A DNA stretch of 64,000 nt, from assembly GCA_012295275.1 (NCBI GenBank), contig CM022671.1, positions 31,620,001-31,684,000 on the forward strand. Direction: 5' to 3'. The position numbers and the translations under genes are program-made. Positions 41,174-54,523 of the stretch are shown piece by piece. The stretch is from Chrysomallon squamiferum (taxonomy: Eukaryota; Animalia; Mollusca). The notes below the pieces were generated by a model. It was not told the origin of the DNA and ran no database searches. It was given only the letters and a program-made list of their open reading frames with translations. The number at the start of each line of letters is the position of its first letter. Positions within the stretch are counted from its first letter, which is position 1.

Positions 41174-43734
41174 CATGATAATATGAGAAGAAGCCCTTGG
41201 ACACTGTCTCATGCATCATTTTAACTAATTAGCTGTAAGGAATCTTTTTATATGCACTGACAAGGATTGATCCTTTGTCCCATCACATCTCAGAAGTGTA
41301 CTCAAACCACTGTGTTGCTGTTTCTGCTGTTATCAGTTATTGTGCCCAGAGGTGACAACCTAGGTGTGAAAACTTTCTACATTCAGTGGCTTGACTAAAT
41401 CGTTTATGTTAAAACAATGACAGCTTGGAAACGTCAAGACACGAAATGAAGGAAAAAAGGTAAAAAAACAACAACAAAGTACAAGCAGTTGTGCTCTATC
41501 AATCAAATTACTTCAGAAAATGAGATATGCAGTAACAATTAATCAATTCATCTGTGAAAATAACTGACCATGCATGTCAAATGCACACCACATCCAAACG
41601 TGGATCTCTTGACATTTATCTAATGAATGAATGAATATTTGTTTATTTACTGATAAAGGCCACTAGGAATCAAATACATGTTGTTGTTTTTTTGGGGATG
41701 TGTTTTTTTTTTTAATATGTCAGCTGGGTTGCTTCCTACTTTATCCAGTACCCCCAAAATCTGAAATTATAATTTCACGCACTCTTAAATAAAAAATAAC
41801 GTTAAAAAAACTACATCAAAGTCATAATATTTTCTTCTTTTTTTTTTTATCTAAATAAAATAAAAATTTTATAATTTTATTTTACTTATTAAATCTACTT
41901 CTCAAAACCATGAAAAGAAGTTTTAAAATTAAAACAAAACAAAATAAAATAATAAGAATTTTTTTTATAAATTATACTAACAACAACAGTAATAATAATA
42001 ATTATTAATAATTAAATAAATAAAAAAACATATTAAGTAAAATAAAAAATAAATAAATAAATAAAAGATAATTATACAAATAATTAACTAAATAAATAAA
42101 ACAAAATAATAAATAAAATAAATTAAATTTAATGTAATATAATAAAACCATCCTAACAATCACTAAATTAATGTACGTTAAAAACATAAACAACCTCAGT
42201 GTTTTAATGAACTGAACACAGAAGACTCAGTCTGAAAGGAAGGTGGTAGGAAAAAAGAGAAAACAAATGAAAGCCTGTTGATAACTGGTGACACCACACT
42301 GTTGGGTGAACCAAGCACTTCCTGCTTCAGGTGAATTCTGTTGTGTCACAAGGTCCAAAGTGATACAGACTAAGAACCAACAAAACACAGAGTATATCTC
42401 AACATGTCAACGAATGAACCAGGTCGGTCACCGATGTTTACGGAAATGAAGACGAAGAGAAAAAAAAATAAAGGGAACAAAAAAAAAAACAGATGAAAGA
42501 ATGCATGTAAAACAATGCTGCCAGCACTGCATTTCACAAACAGTATCCGCTGCGCGTTATGATAATAGTAGCACCCTGAAACTAAGCATGTTAGCACAAA
42601 ACAGGCAAACTTGACAGCCTCAGCAAGTTGAAACAAACTTAGGGCCTCCTGAACAGCAATACGATAATTGTCGATTATGTCCCACTTGCAAAAAGTAGCA
42701 ATTGTTTTAGAAAAGTGACAGTGAGCTCAAGTGATTAGGGAAACCAGGAAGTGAAAAGAGGAGAACCTGCTCAACTCAAAGAGTTCATCAGCTCTTTCTC
42801 CCACCCTAATCAAAAAACAATAACAAAGTCTTAGATGAAAGTGTGTTGTATAATCTTCCTTGTTTTTCTTCTTCTTCTTTGTTTTAATGAAAGAAAACGT
42901 AACAGAAAATAATCTGGAAACACTGTAACAGGAAGATTTATAATAGGTTTCTCATGAGTTTACTTCCTAGATACCACACCATGTTATCAGAATAAATGTT
43001 AGCACTCATTTAACCAGAGACAACTTGTTAGTCTTGCACATCATTAAACTGAATTACCAAACCAATGAACAAAAATACAAAAACCTATGTATCTTCCTTT
43101 GCAAACTGGGTTATTTCACATTAAATATCTTAAAAATAAAATCTAAAATGGTAAAGTTTTAAATGCAGGTTTTTTTTTTTTTTTTTTTTTTTTTTATAAA
43201 TCTACAGCAAATGAAGAAAATATAACCAGGAAGAAAGAAGAAAAGAGTGAGGAATAACTGTGTGTATATATATATATATATATATTAAAATCTGCCCAAA
43301 CACCTATAAACTTTGAGGAAGAATTAACCAACATCAACAGTGTGTGAGCGCTGAATTAAGAGACATATGTACCATGGCGCTATTCAAATTTTACATGAGA
43401 TTTACACAACTCTGTGTAAAATTGTTTTTCTGTTCTATTTCTGCTGACCAAACTAAAGGTTTGTTAAAGAGAAACAAGCTAAATTTGTCCTCTTGGGGGA
43501 ATGCACTTTAAAACAACACTGTTCTATTTCCTTGTGTAACAAACAAAATGTTGATTTTTCAAATTGTCAGTCTGTCAAACAAGGTTCTGTCGAAATATTT
43601 TGCTCACTATACCAAGCCTGAGAAAGAAGACTGAACTTTATTATCAGCTACAAAAAGAAGTATAATTTTTTATTACATTTTTCATTTTTGTCCATAGCTT
43701 ATTTTAAATGATTAGCAAAGAATAGAGATAACTC

Positions 43735-44275
43735 ATTACAAGGCTTTATCATCAGGAACAAGAAAAAGGTGGTTTATGTATGCATTTGTTACATTTTTCT
43801 TTTTTACCCAACAGCAACAATTTAATTAAAAAACATCAGCCATTACAACAAGCCTGGGGAAAAAACATACCTCAAAATAAAACTTTGTCATCAGGAATAA
43901 GAAAAAGAAAATTTTTATATTTATTTATGTCTTCCATTTTAAATAACATCGCTGAGATTGAAGATACTTCAATACAAAACTTTATCATTAGGAATAAGAA
44001 AAAGATAATTTTTGTATTTATTTGTATTTTCAATTTTTGCCAAATGAATTAATATCATTAGCCATTATAACAAGCCCAGAAATGAAAACAGCCCAAGACT
44101 GGGAATCATCATCGGAATAAGAAAACGCTTATATAGATTTTTGTTTTAGAATTTAACCAAAGATATTTTTGAAATTTTTACCAAATATCTTAATTAATAA
44201 TAAAATTCCCTTTAAAGCAAACACGATATTAAAAATACTTCAAGATATAACTTTATTATCAGGAATAAAAAAGAT
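43735..44275. repeat. Degenerate tandem repeat, ~100-145 bp period, 5 copies
   Basis: ctttatcatcaggaataagaaaa-like motif near 43744, 43883, 43980, 44105 and 44251. Confidence 0.7.
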
Positions 44276-44569
44276 CAATTACTGACAAACAAAAAAAATC
44301 ATTTGAAAATTTTCAGTTTTTAATTAATAGCTTTAACTGTTAAGATTAATCCAAGATGAATTCTGTAATTGGCAACAAAAAATATTATTGAAATATAGAT
44401 ATATATTTTCTATTTTTACCAAGTAGATATTATCATTAGCTACCCAAAGTTGAATTGTTATTAGCAACCAACAGATATGTAACCATCAACAGGTTATTAT
44501 GATCATGATTTGTTATCATAAGAGACACAACCAAAGCATAAACAATTATAAGTCTGTTACTAATGTTTA

Positions 44570-44760
44570 AAGATTTGGTTTAACATCACCTCAAGTAATT
44601 TTCTATCATCAGCTGTTGGGTACCTGAAGTGTGGGAGTTTATATATATATATATATTCTTTTAGTCTTTAGAGGAAATCCACTAAATTTTTCATGAGCAG
44701 ATGGGGATATTTTTAATATACCTTCTCATAGATAACAGAGCATACAGAATTGCTTTAACT
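44570..44760 (-). mobile_element. Degenerate SINE 3' half
   Basis: tttggtttaacatcacc...tagaggaaatccacta...ggatatttttaatatacc...gcatac. Confidence 0.5.
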
Positions 44761-44982
44761 TACCTGACTTTAACACAGCATTCTGTTTATCTAATTTCCA
44801 TGATTATCATGTTTTTCTCCTAATAAAATGTCATTATAATGTAATTTCTGTTACATATAACACTTATTAAATTGTATTATGAATCTATCGTTAAAAGATT
44901 TGTTAAGAAAGAAAAAACAAATTGTTTTCTATGCTGTCATTAAGAAATCTTGATTCAAAAAGCAGTGTGTATGTGTTTGTGT

Positions 44983-44986
<4 letters not shown>

Positions 44987-45053
<67 letters not shown>
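44987..45053. repeat. (GA)n microsatellite
   Basis: Direct reading. Confidence 0.9.
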
Positions 45054-45059
<6 letters not shown>

Positions 45060-46068
45060 GTATAAAAAGGAAAAAAGTAGGAATACAAATAGTATAAAGA
45101 AACAAAAAATTAACCAGAAAGAAAAAAACAAACAAAAACTCTCAGGTCTACATTACTGAACAAATGCAAAATGAATAAAAATTATCGTACGACACACCCC
45201 CCCCCAAAAAAAGAGGAAATTGTACACATCCTCATGAAATTTCATTCATTAAAACACTTGTTAAGGACACACTGTATATAGATGGAAATTGTGAAGGGTT
45301 TGGAGTACATGTTTTCTCACAGCAAGTGATGATGGTCGATTTCAAATGTTTATCACCCGCAGGTCACCAACGTGTGAAGCATGTTGTGCTTGTTTCTGAA
45401 CAAGTTGCACATGACTGCGATCCCAAGCAACACTGGCCAGGCTTCCTCCTGCTTGGAAAATCTTTTTTTTTTCACTTGTCAACATGTAACACTTTTAGTC
45501 AGTTTATGTAAAGATTTACCTCAGAGCACTCGTGTCCTTTAGAAACATCGACACAGAATAAACTGGATTCAGGAAATAACTTTTTGTTTTCGTCATCTTA
45601 GTTTAATTAGTCACGGATAATTTGGTATTGTATACATTTATATGTCATTTCATTTCATTATTATTTTTTATTTTTTTATTTTTTTTCATTATTTTATTTT
45701 TATTATTATAATATTTTTATTATTATTATTATTATATAAGTATTTTTTTTGGACAATCATATAACAATTTTAATTATTAAACTAGGTATTTTGTTAAGGC
45801 TAACATTAAAATTGTTTAACAAAATTAATAATAATAATAATTATTATTATTATTATAATTATAATAATTATAACAATAAATCATTAAATAATAATAATAA
45901 AATAAAAAATAAAAATTTTATATAAAAAAATAAAATACAATACAATACAATAGATAAGCAAGAATAATTAAACCACAATAAAAAAAAACTGTAACAAAAG
46001 AATGAAAATCTTACAAAATTATAATTTTTTGTTGTAGTTGCTCATTCTGGCTGTAAACGAAATCATTC

Positions 46069-46098
46069 TTATTTCTTGCTGTTTTTGCGTACCAGCTC
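46069..46098 (-). CDS. CDPF1: CDPF1 probable terminal coding exon (ELVRKNSKK*)
   Basis: Strong acceptor tttttctttttttctag, phase 0; acidic-Leu-basic tail like human DLEKRK. Confidence 0.65.
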   Translation of the reverse strand, partial: ELVRKNSKK

Positions 46099-49000
46099 CT
46101 AGAAAAAAAGAAAAAATTAAATGAACAAATTGAAATGATGATTGACTTTTATATGCTGAAAGCTTTTTCTGTCTTTAAAAACACAAAAAGAAAACAATAA
46201 TGTTTAATGAAGGTGTCCAGAATGAAAATCGAGTACATAAAGAAAATAAATAATTTCAGATAAGACAAAATGAAATCAAGTCAGAATACACATTCTCAAA
46301 ACTTTTGTAGCCAGTCAAATAAAAATCTGGAAAAAACAAAACAAGCCCATCTTTTTCTGAAACTGTCTCAAGCATAAAAATGTATATTAAATTAAATGTA
46401 TAAATATTCTCATTTTGTTTAGTCAAATAAAAAAAAAAAAGTAAAAAAAAAAAAAAAGGTTCCTCTAGTACTAATTTTTATATTCTGATGCCTTCACTTT
46501 GTACACAAAGCAAATACTTAACTGGATACCAGTATCATTATTTGAATGAAAATGGATATAATGACATTAAAAATATTTTTATTTTAACAATCATCATGTA
46601 TTTACCAAGTCCAAGAGCACTAACAAACTAAATTAATTCCAGTCATAAATTTTATTTTATTTTTAATTTTGTATTTTTTCCTGTTCCAACAAAGATATCT
46701 AATTTGGATTATATCTGTAACACTGATCATCTTTCTCTTTCAAATTCCAAGGATTAATTCATGTGGGATGTTTCTTCTTTTCTGTCATGTTACGAATACA
46801 TACAAACTTTAATGTGCAGTAATAAAAATACCTATATTCATAGTATCATACACCATGTACATTTTCCTCTCTTTCAAAATCATCTTTCATCATACAAAGC
46901 CTCTTTGATGATTTAATGTTTTCAACCAAACCCAGGATTAATATGCCAGGAATGCAAAATGTAGTTCAAAAATTTTAAACTTTTCTTTTCACTTCTTTGG
47001 GAGCTGCACATTCTTACAAAGTGGTGTTTTTGGTGTTTTTTTACCTTGCTCAGATGTATATAATTGTGTTAACAGATGGAAACAATGATCAATCTGATTG
47101 TTAGAAAGGCGGACAGACTTGATGTCTGAGTGTTTGGTTACGGTTGGCACGTCATGTTAGCATCTTTAATTTTGTTTGTAAACGTTCTTATTATGTGATA
47201 CAAGTCAAGTGTACAGTAAGAGTGGTTTTGATAATCTCTGTTTAGTATTTTAGCTTGACAGTCCTACAAAGCGATATGTTATTATCCCATCCCCCACCAA
47301 CACCCCATCCCTCCACCTTCCACAGTCTTCTGATAAACAGAATCAAAGCTTTAAAACTGCTTTTGCACTGACAAGAATCAATCTATATACTTTCTATCAG
47401 AGCATGACTTAGTAATGAAAAACTTGTTTACTTCCTATTCAATACAACATCAATGCAGACATGACATCTATTCTACAACACAAGTTATAAAACCTGTGAT
47501 GAAACTGTTAATATATATTTATCCACTGTCAGTTGCAATTATTTGCAGCAAGGCATCTTTGAAACTGTTATGACAGTTTACTTACCAGTTAATATGAATA
47601 TCTCAGTATACATCTGTCTTAATATTAACTCATAATGTAAATATTATTCTATGTAATTACATGTTGAAGAAACTCTTGAAAGTAAACTAAAACCATCAGC
47701 CATGGTTATTTTGCATTTTTTGTCTGTTTTTTCCTACTGGGGTGTCTAATTAGATATCTGTTTGGTAAAAATTTCAGGGAAACATGCACCTATGTTTACA
47801 GAGTAAAACAACGATATTCTTTTCAATCTCAAAACACAAATCAATAGAAGATACAACAATAAATTGTGTATGACAAACAGCCAGTCAGATCATAGGGAAT
47901 CCTCCATTAATAATTATGATGATAAATACAATTAAGCCATCATGTGAGATCTAAAATAAATTTATTATTATTATATAAATAATAATAATAATAATAATAA
48001 CAAACAAGAAAAATAATTAACGCACCCGCTGTTATTACAGCTGTATTGTTCATCTGAATGTGTCTTTAACAAGTCAGATAGAAGAAAGAGAACTGTAACT
48101 TTCTCATTCAAGTATATGCAGTTATATTTTTCTATTTTTACTATTATTATTATTTTAACAATTGTATTAATCTTCAAATATCCACTGAAGTATAATAATC
48201 TAAACACAGAACAACAAAAACTGTTTAAAGTTGTCAGACCATGATTAATATGGTATTTGAGGGTAAAACAATTAAATAATTGTAGTTTATTCTTTAAAAT
48301 TCCTCATATTTTACTGATTCTTGTAAATTTAAAATGTTTGTTAATATGACAAAGATTACCTAAGCTATAGTTTGCACTTCTTTGAACACAAGTAACATTA
48401 CTTAAATTAATTTAATTAAATTAAGTGTGAACTACAAGTTGTGGTTACAGCACTGATCTGTGGAACCAAGGCTCAATGGATCATTTCTCTTTAATTTCAT
48501 TAATAATTAATAACAGTTTTAAGAGATTTAGTCAAATTTATGTCACTGAGAATCAAATCAGAGAAGGCATTATTTAAGAAGAGAAACAGATTAACAAATT
48601 ATATCTTAAAATTATTGTTTCTGTAATATTTTTTCTTTCTAAGAAGGGTTTAGTGCTTTCTTCATTTAGAATAAACCAACATACACTTAAATTTCTTATT
48701 ATTAATTTTTTACTTGGCATTTACATTAAAATATTAACTTGACATTTTCCTACCAGTTACGTTTACCAATAAATATAACTATAACATTAAAAATTCATTA
48801 GTTTTAAAAATGAATCAAAAAGAAATCAAGAAATTAAGGTTATATCAGCAGTACATATAATTATGTTTATCATAAGATGCTTAATTAGTAATATGTTTGC
48901 AGAAATGATTTGTAATCAAACTGTTCTATTTTGAGTGAATGACAGTTTCAGAGGGTCTAACGTACTGATAGAGCCTAACAAAATATTTTACTTTGTTAAA

Positions 49001-50435
49001 TCTGTATGTATTATTAATACATTAACATATATTAATCTCCAAACTTATATTTTTTCTTTCTCATTTAATGATTTTTGCCTTTCATTATGCACTGCTGGTA
49101 AAAATGCTGATGAAATGTACTCATTTGTTTCATAATAACCAATGCACTGAGGCTTTATTTATTCATTTATTTATTTATTGAATATTTTTTTAAATGAAAA
49201 TTTTACCCAGCATAATGAACTTTTTGATATCTTGTATTTCTATCTGGTTTTTAACAGAAGAGAAAATTAATAATGTCCAAATTCCATCAACATTTTATTT
49301 ATTAAATATTTATTTTTAATTAAAATATAATCTAATTAGACCATTTTACCAGATACACACAAATCAGACATGAAAATAAATAATCTGCTTAATTAATTAA
49401 TCAATAATAATAAGGCAGAAAAAAATAAAGACAACAACAAGCAATTGGGAATTAATTTAATTGTTTTCTTTTTTTTTAAACAAAGAAAAAACTCAGTCTA
49501 AGGGAAGCAACTCTCACCTAACCTTGTTAATATGTTAATTAATAATGTAAGTATATTCACTGTATATTATTAGTTTCTGATCATGGACATATTAATAAAA
49601 TAATCAAATGTCAATATCTTAAAATTAAGAACTTTGTATTATTTTGATTCTCTGTTTTAGTAATTTATTACCACAACATCAGATGAAAGACTGTTAACAA
49701 ATCTGGTTTATCTAAAACTTGATATCTGAAAGGCAAAAGAACAGCAATAGCAAGGCATCATAAAAAATGTTTACTGTTTATACACAAGAAACAGAACTTT
49801 ATTCTGTATTTTATGTTCCATTGCTTTTAAATGATCCAACAAAAAAAAAAAATAAATAAATAAATAAAATTACTTAACTTAAAGTATTTTGATGAATGTC
49901 CACAATATGAAGATGATAATATCATGAGCAAAATGGTTATTAAACAGTACATCTAAGATATTTTCTTCATTTAAAATAAACCAACACACCACTACATTTC
50001 TAATTATTAATTTTTTACTTGGCATTTACATTAAAATATTATCTTGACATTTTCCTACCACAGTTATGTTTACCAATAAATATAACTATAACATTAAAAA
50101 TTCATAAGATTTAAAAAAAAGAAAAAAGAAATCAAGATTTAAAGTTATTTCAGCAATACATATAATTATGTTTCTCTTAAAATGGTTAATTAATAATCTG
50201 TTTGCGGAAATGCTTTGTAATCAAACTGTTTCCAGTTTCATTTCAAGGATAGGTTAATGACCTTTTAGGTACTCTTTAAAATATTTTCTTTTCAACTTGT
50301 GTGGAACAAATGTAGGGCTATTTTGAGTCACTGAAAGTTTCAGTGGGTCTAACTTACAGATAAAGCCTAACAAAATGTCTTACTTTGTTAAATCTAAATG
50401 TATTCTTAATAAATTAATATATATTAATCTCTAAG

Positions 50436-50470
<35 letters not shown>

Positions 50471-50551
50471 GTTTTTGCTTTTTATATGAATTCCTGGTAA
50501 AATGCTGGTGAAATGTACCCAATGTTTAATAATCACTGATTTGAGGCTTTA

Positions 50552-50592
<41 letters not shown>

Positions 50593-53500
50593 TATTATTA
50601 AATGAAAATTGTATCAAGAATAATGAACTTTTTGATATCTGGTATCTCTTTCTGGCTTTTTAACAGAAGAAAAATTTAATAATGTCCAAATTCTATCAAG
50701 AATTTATTTTAAATCTTTATTTTTAATACAAATAAAAATATAATTTAATTACACCATCTTTTAAGAAACACACATCAGATATAAAAATAAATAATCTGCT
50801 TAATTAAAAAATGATAATAAGGTAAAAATTAAAACAACAATAAGCAACTGGAAATTAATTAATTAATTATTATTATTTTTTTAAACTGTAAGAATAACTT
50901 AGTCTATGGGAAGCAACTCTCACTTAAAATATTTTGATGAATTTCTACAATAAACAATAACCTGAAAATGTTAACTTCATTCAGAATAATATCATGAGTA
51001 AAAACAGTACATCTAAGACGTTATATGGAGACTCAGTCTTTTATGGAAATTGATAAATGTCCATATATTGCACAAACTGAAAGAAATTAATTATCCACTA
51101 CTATTGATTTGTGTAAATAAAATTCTGTAACTATATTTGAATTTGTTGGATCTTTTAATATTATAAATAATAATTATTATTATTACAATATGAATATATC
51201 TGCAGTTTCCATCATTAATATCATGATTTTCAAAAAAAAAAAAATAAAATAAAATTATAAAACAAAGAAAAAGAAAATTCAAAATTGTCTTACTTTAGAC
51301 AGAACTGAAACACACACACAAACACCAAGAAAGCAAAACCAGGATATTATTTTAAAGCAGAAACATTATTTTTAAAATCACTGTTGTTGAACAAATATTA
51401 CTGGTTATCAAAAATGTTATTTATCTACAAAAAAACTAGATCAGAGATCAATAACCACAAAAATAATAATAAATGATAAAAACAGTTATGTAAAACAGTA
51501 AAACAGCCAAATAAGAACCTATTAAATCTTAATAATAATAATAATAATAATAATAATATACAAATTGCAAGAATCATTATCTATAATAAAACAGATATTG
51601 GTATGGTGAAAATATATGTATAATTATATATAATATTTTGTCATTGTTGGTCTCAAACATGTTTGATGATACTGAAATTAAGAATACAAATCCAGCAAAT
51701 ATGATTATCATTAAGTTTTAATTATTGTTTTTCCTCACATGGAAATAATATCACTGTAACTGGGAACACTCCAGAATTTTCTGCTATGACTAAATAAAAA
51801 GCTTCTCATGTTTTTGTTATTGAAATTTCAATGACTTTAAAGTGTTCATTCTAATTATAATGATAAATATTTTTACAGTGTTTTAAAATACATTGCTTAA
51901 AATTTCCTTTTGCTTTATCTTTTTTCACTGCATTCTCAGCTTTATTTAGATGTAAATAAATAACCAGAAAGTCAAGGATATTTTTCTTCTGTATACGATT
52001 TTGTGAGTGAGTGATGGGATATGAACATTTACCGAAAGAGAGATAAAGAGAGAAAGAGAGAGACACAGAGTGGGGGAAGAATGAGAAAAAATAAATGAAT
52101 GACAGACAAAGCAAAAAAATGGAAGGTAGATCTGATAAAAAATGATAGTGGTGAAAATTAAGAAATAAATTGATAAAAGGTCATAGAAAGTTCAGATAAA
52201 GAAAACTGTAAATACAAATTTATAATAGTTATCTGTTACAACAGGATGAGTAAGTCACTTAGTAAACATATAGCACTGCACGTGATACATGTTGGAAAAT
52301 GTATCTTTCGGTGTCCTGTAGCAATTATGTTTCAGTATCACATGATGCTTGAACAAATACTGAACATATCATATGTCACATGTACATGGGTAATGTTTTC
52401 TAGATTAACACAGCAGAGCTATTGTTACAAAATCTGCATGGACACTGAACTGACAGTGATTACCCTTTTATAATATGACAAGTTTGCATACAAATAATAG
52501 CAGTATTATACATCAAGGATTTGCTTGTCTTTACCCATGGTATAGTTTACAAAGGCCATACACCTGCATTTCAAATAATGGACTGTTCCTAACTTATTCA
52601 AATTAAAACTTATCTTGAGCTGTTAGTTCCTGACTGCCTATTCTCAGTGATATATTTCCTTCACTAAGGTTTATTTGAAAATGTTTGTCTTTTATCTGCT
52701 GGTAATTGTATGTGCTAAGGCACTACAAACAAATGCAGAAAACACCCTCAACTTTCACCAGAACACAGAACTAAAAGCCTGGGAAAGACAACATGAAGAA
52801 TACAAGAAGTCCCAACCACCAGTAAAACTACTTAACAAGAATGACAAATTCTTATATAAAGGTACAGTTTGCTTTTTTTGTTTATTTTGTTTTGTTTTGT
52901 TCTGTTCTAGTTTTTTCTTATTACTAATATGTGAAAAGCTCATGTGTTAAGGGATCCTCGCACTAAATAATATCTTGCTTCAATTAAATTGTACAGTAAG
53001 AAGATATGTTTTTACACGAAGAATTTAGTACAACCTTGAATAAAGGTTTTATTGATTTTAGAGGTTATTTAGTTATTTCAAGCAGGTAGTCAGATAACAG
53101 TTTTACAAATCAGGAAGTATTGCAACTTTCATAAATATTCTTTTTTTTTCTTGGAATATATGTTTCACTTTAGTTTCACTTTTTCAAACAATAGCTACTT
53201 TCCTTTCTAAAATGAATTTGCCAATTGAAACTGCACAAGCAAATAACTCGAAACTGTTGTAAAGCAGTTTTGATTTTTATGACATTACTTCTTAATATTC
53301 ATGATATACGTATTTTTTTTAATTTCACTACACCAAAAGTATTATTTTTTATTTTATTTGATGCTTAATTTTCATTAACTTTCACTTTTTCAAAAATCAG
53401 TTATTTCTGAAAAATATTTTCATTTCATATCAGGATTTCACAGTTCTTCTGACTCAACTTCAGTTTTCTCTGACTGAATAAATATATAAAAATTAACATC

Positions 53501-53909
53501 AAACTGTATCAGTACAGATCTTCATATTGTTATTATTTGTACATGATTGTTTCTTGATTGTTTGCTTGTGCAGTAAATTCATCAAAGCAATTTTCAGGTA
53601 ACAAAAAAGATAAAAAAAGAAAGAAAACAAGAAAGTTAAAATCTGAGGGATATAATATAACAAACCTTGCTTCATAGAGATTATTTTACAAAGTGCCACT
53701 AAATGATCCTAGTAAGCTACGTATTGTATAACTATCAGTTAAACTAATGCTGTGTTAGTTATTGTTAAGGTGACACCAGTTTTGAATAACAGAAATATTA
53801 CACAGAAAATGTTAACAATGCATGTAAGCAAGAAATCATAATACTGTTATTTAACAGAAAAAAGAACAATAAAATGATTTTTGTCAAGTTCTTTCAAAAA
53901 AACTATTCT

Positions 53910-53952
<43 letters not shown>

Positions 53953-54482
53953 TGTCTATGTATGTGTCTGTATATAGAGAGATATAATATATATAGTTAT
54001 ATGCTTTTATTATTATTTTTTAGACTGTTTCCATCTGAAGAAGTCTGGCTACAATATATCTGGAATCTATCAGCTACACATTAATAAGTCATTTACATTT
54101 CAAGTAAGTTTAATACTATAACAAGCCTTACATCACTATGAAGAAAAATGAATCATAAATAACAGCATTTTTCAAATCTTCCCATTCATCTGATTATGTA
54201 AATTTATAACTTTCTCCATAGGTGAGGATTCATTTTGTGTAACCATCACTAACAGTATCTGAATACTAGGATATCAGATATTAAGTAAATGCTTGGTTGT
54301 GTAAATTTACATTGAATTGTACCATGTATCACTGCACTTACTTATGATATCCAATGAAAACATAGAAGCTTTTATCTAATGAGGTGACTATATCAACAAA
54401 CATTCATGTTTTATTTAGGTTTCTTTAAAAAAAAATAATAATAATAATAATAAATACATTTAAAAAAAAGAAAAAGGAAAAT

Positions 54483-54523
<41 letters not shown>

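Noticed and set aside
45321-45448. Possible minus-strand coding exon with several short open frames
   Set aside because: The preceding 71-nt intron has an A-run instead of a polypyrimidine tract, and no frame matches a protein I recognise
48026-48092. Possible cassette exon in CDPF1 intron 3
   Set aside because: Weak acceptor, early stop in the CDPF1 frame, no homology
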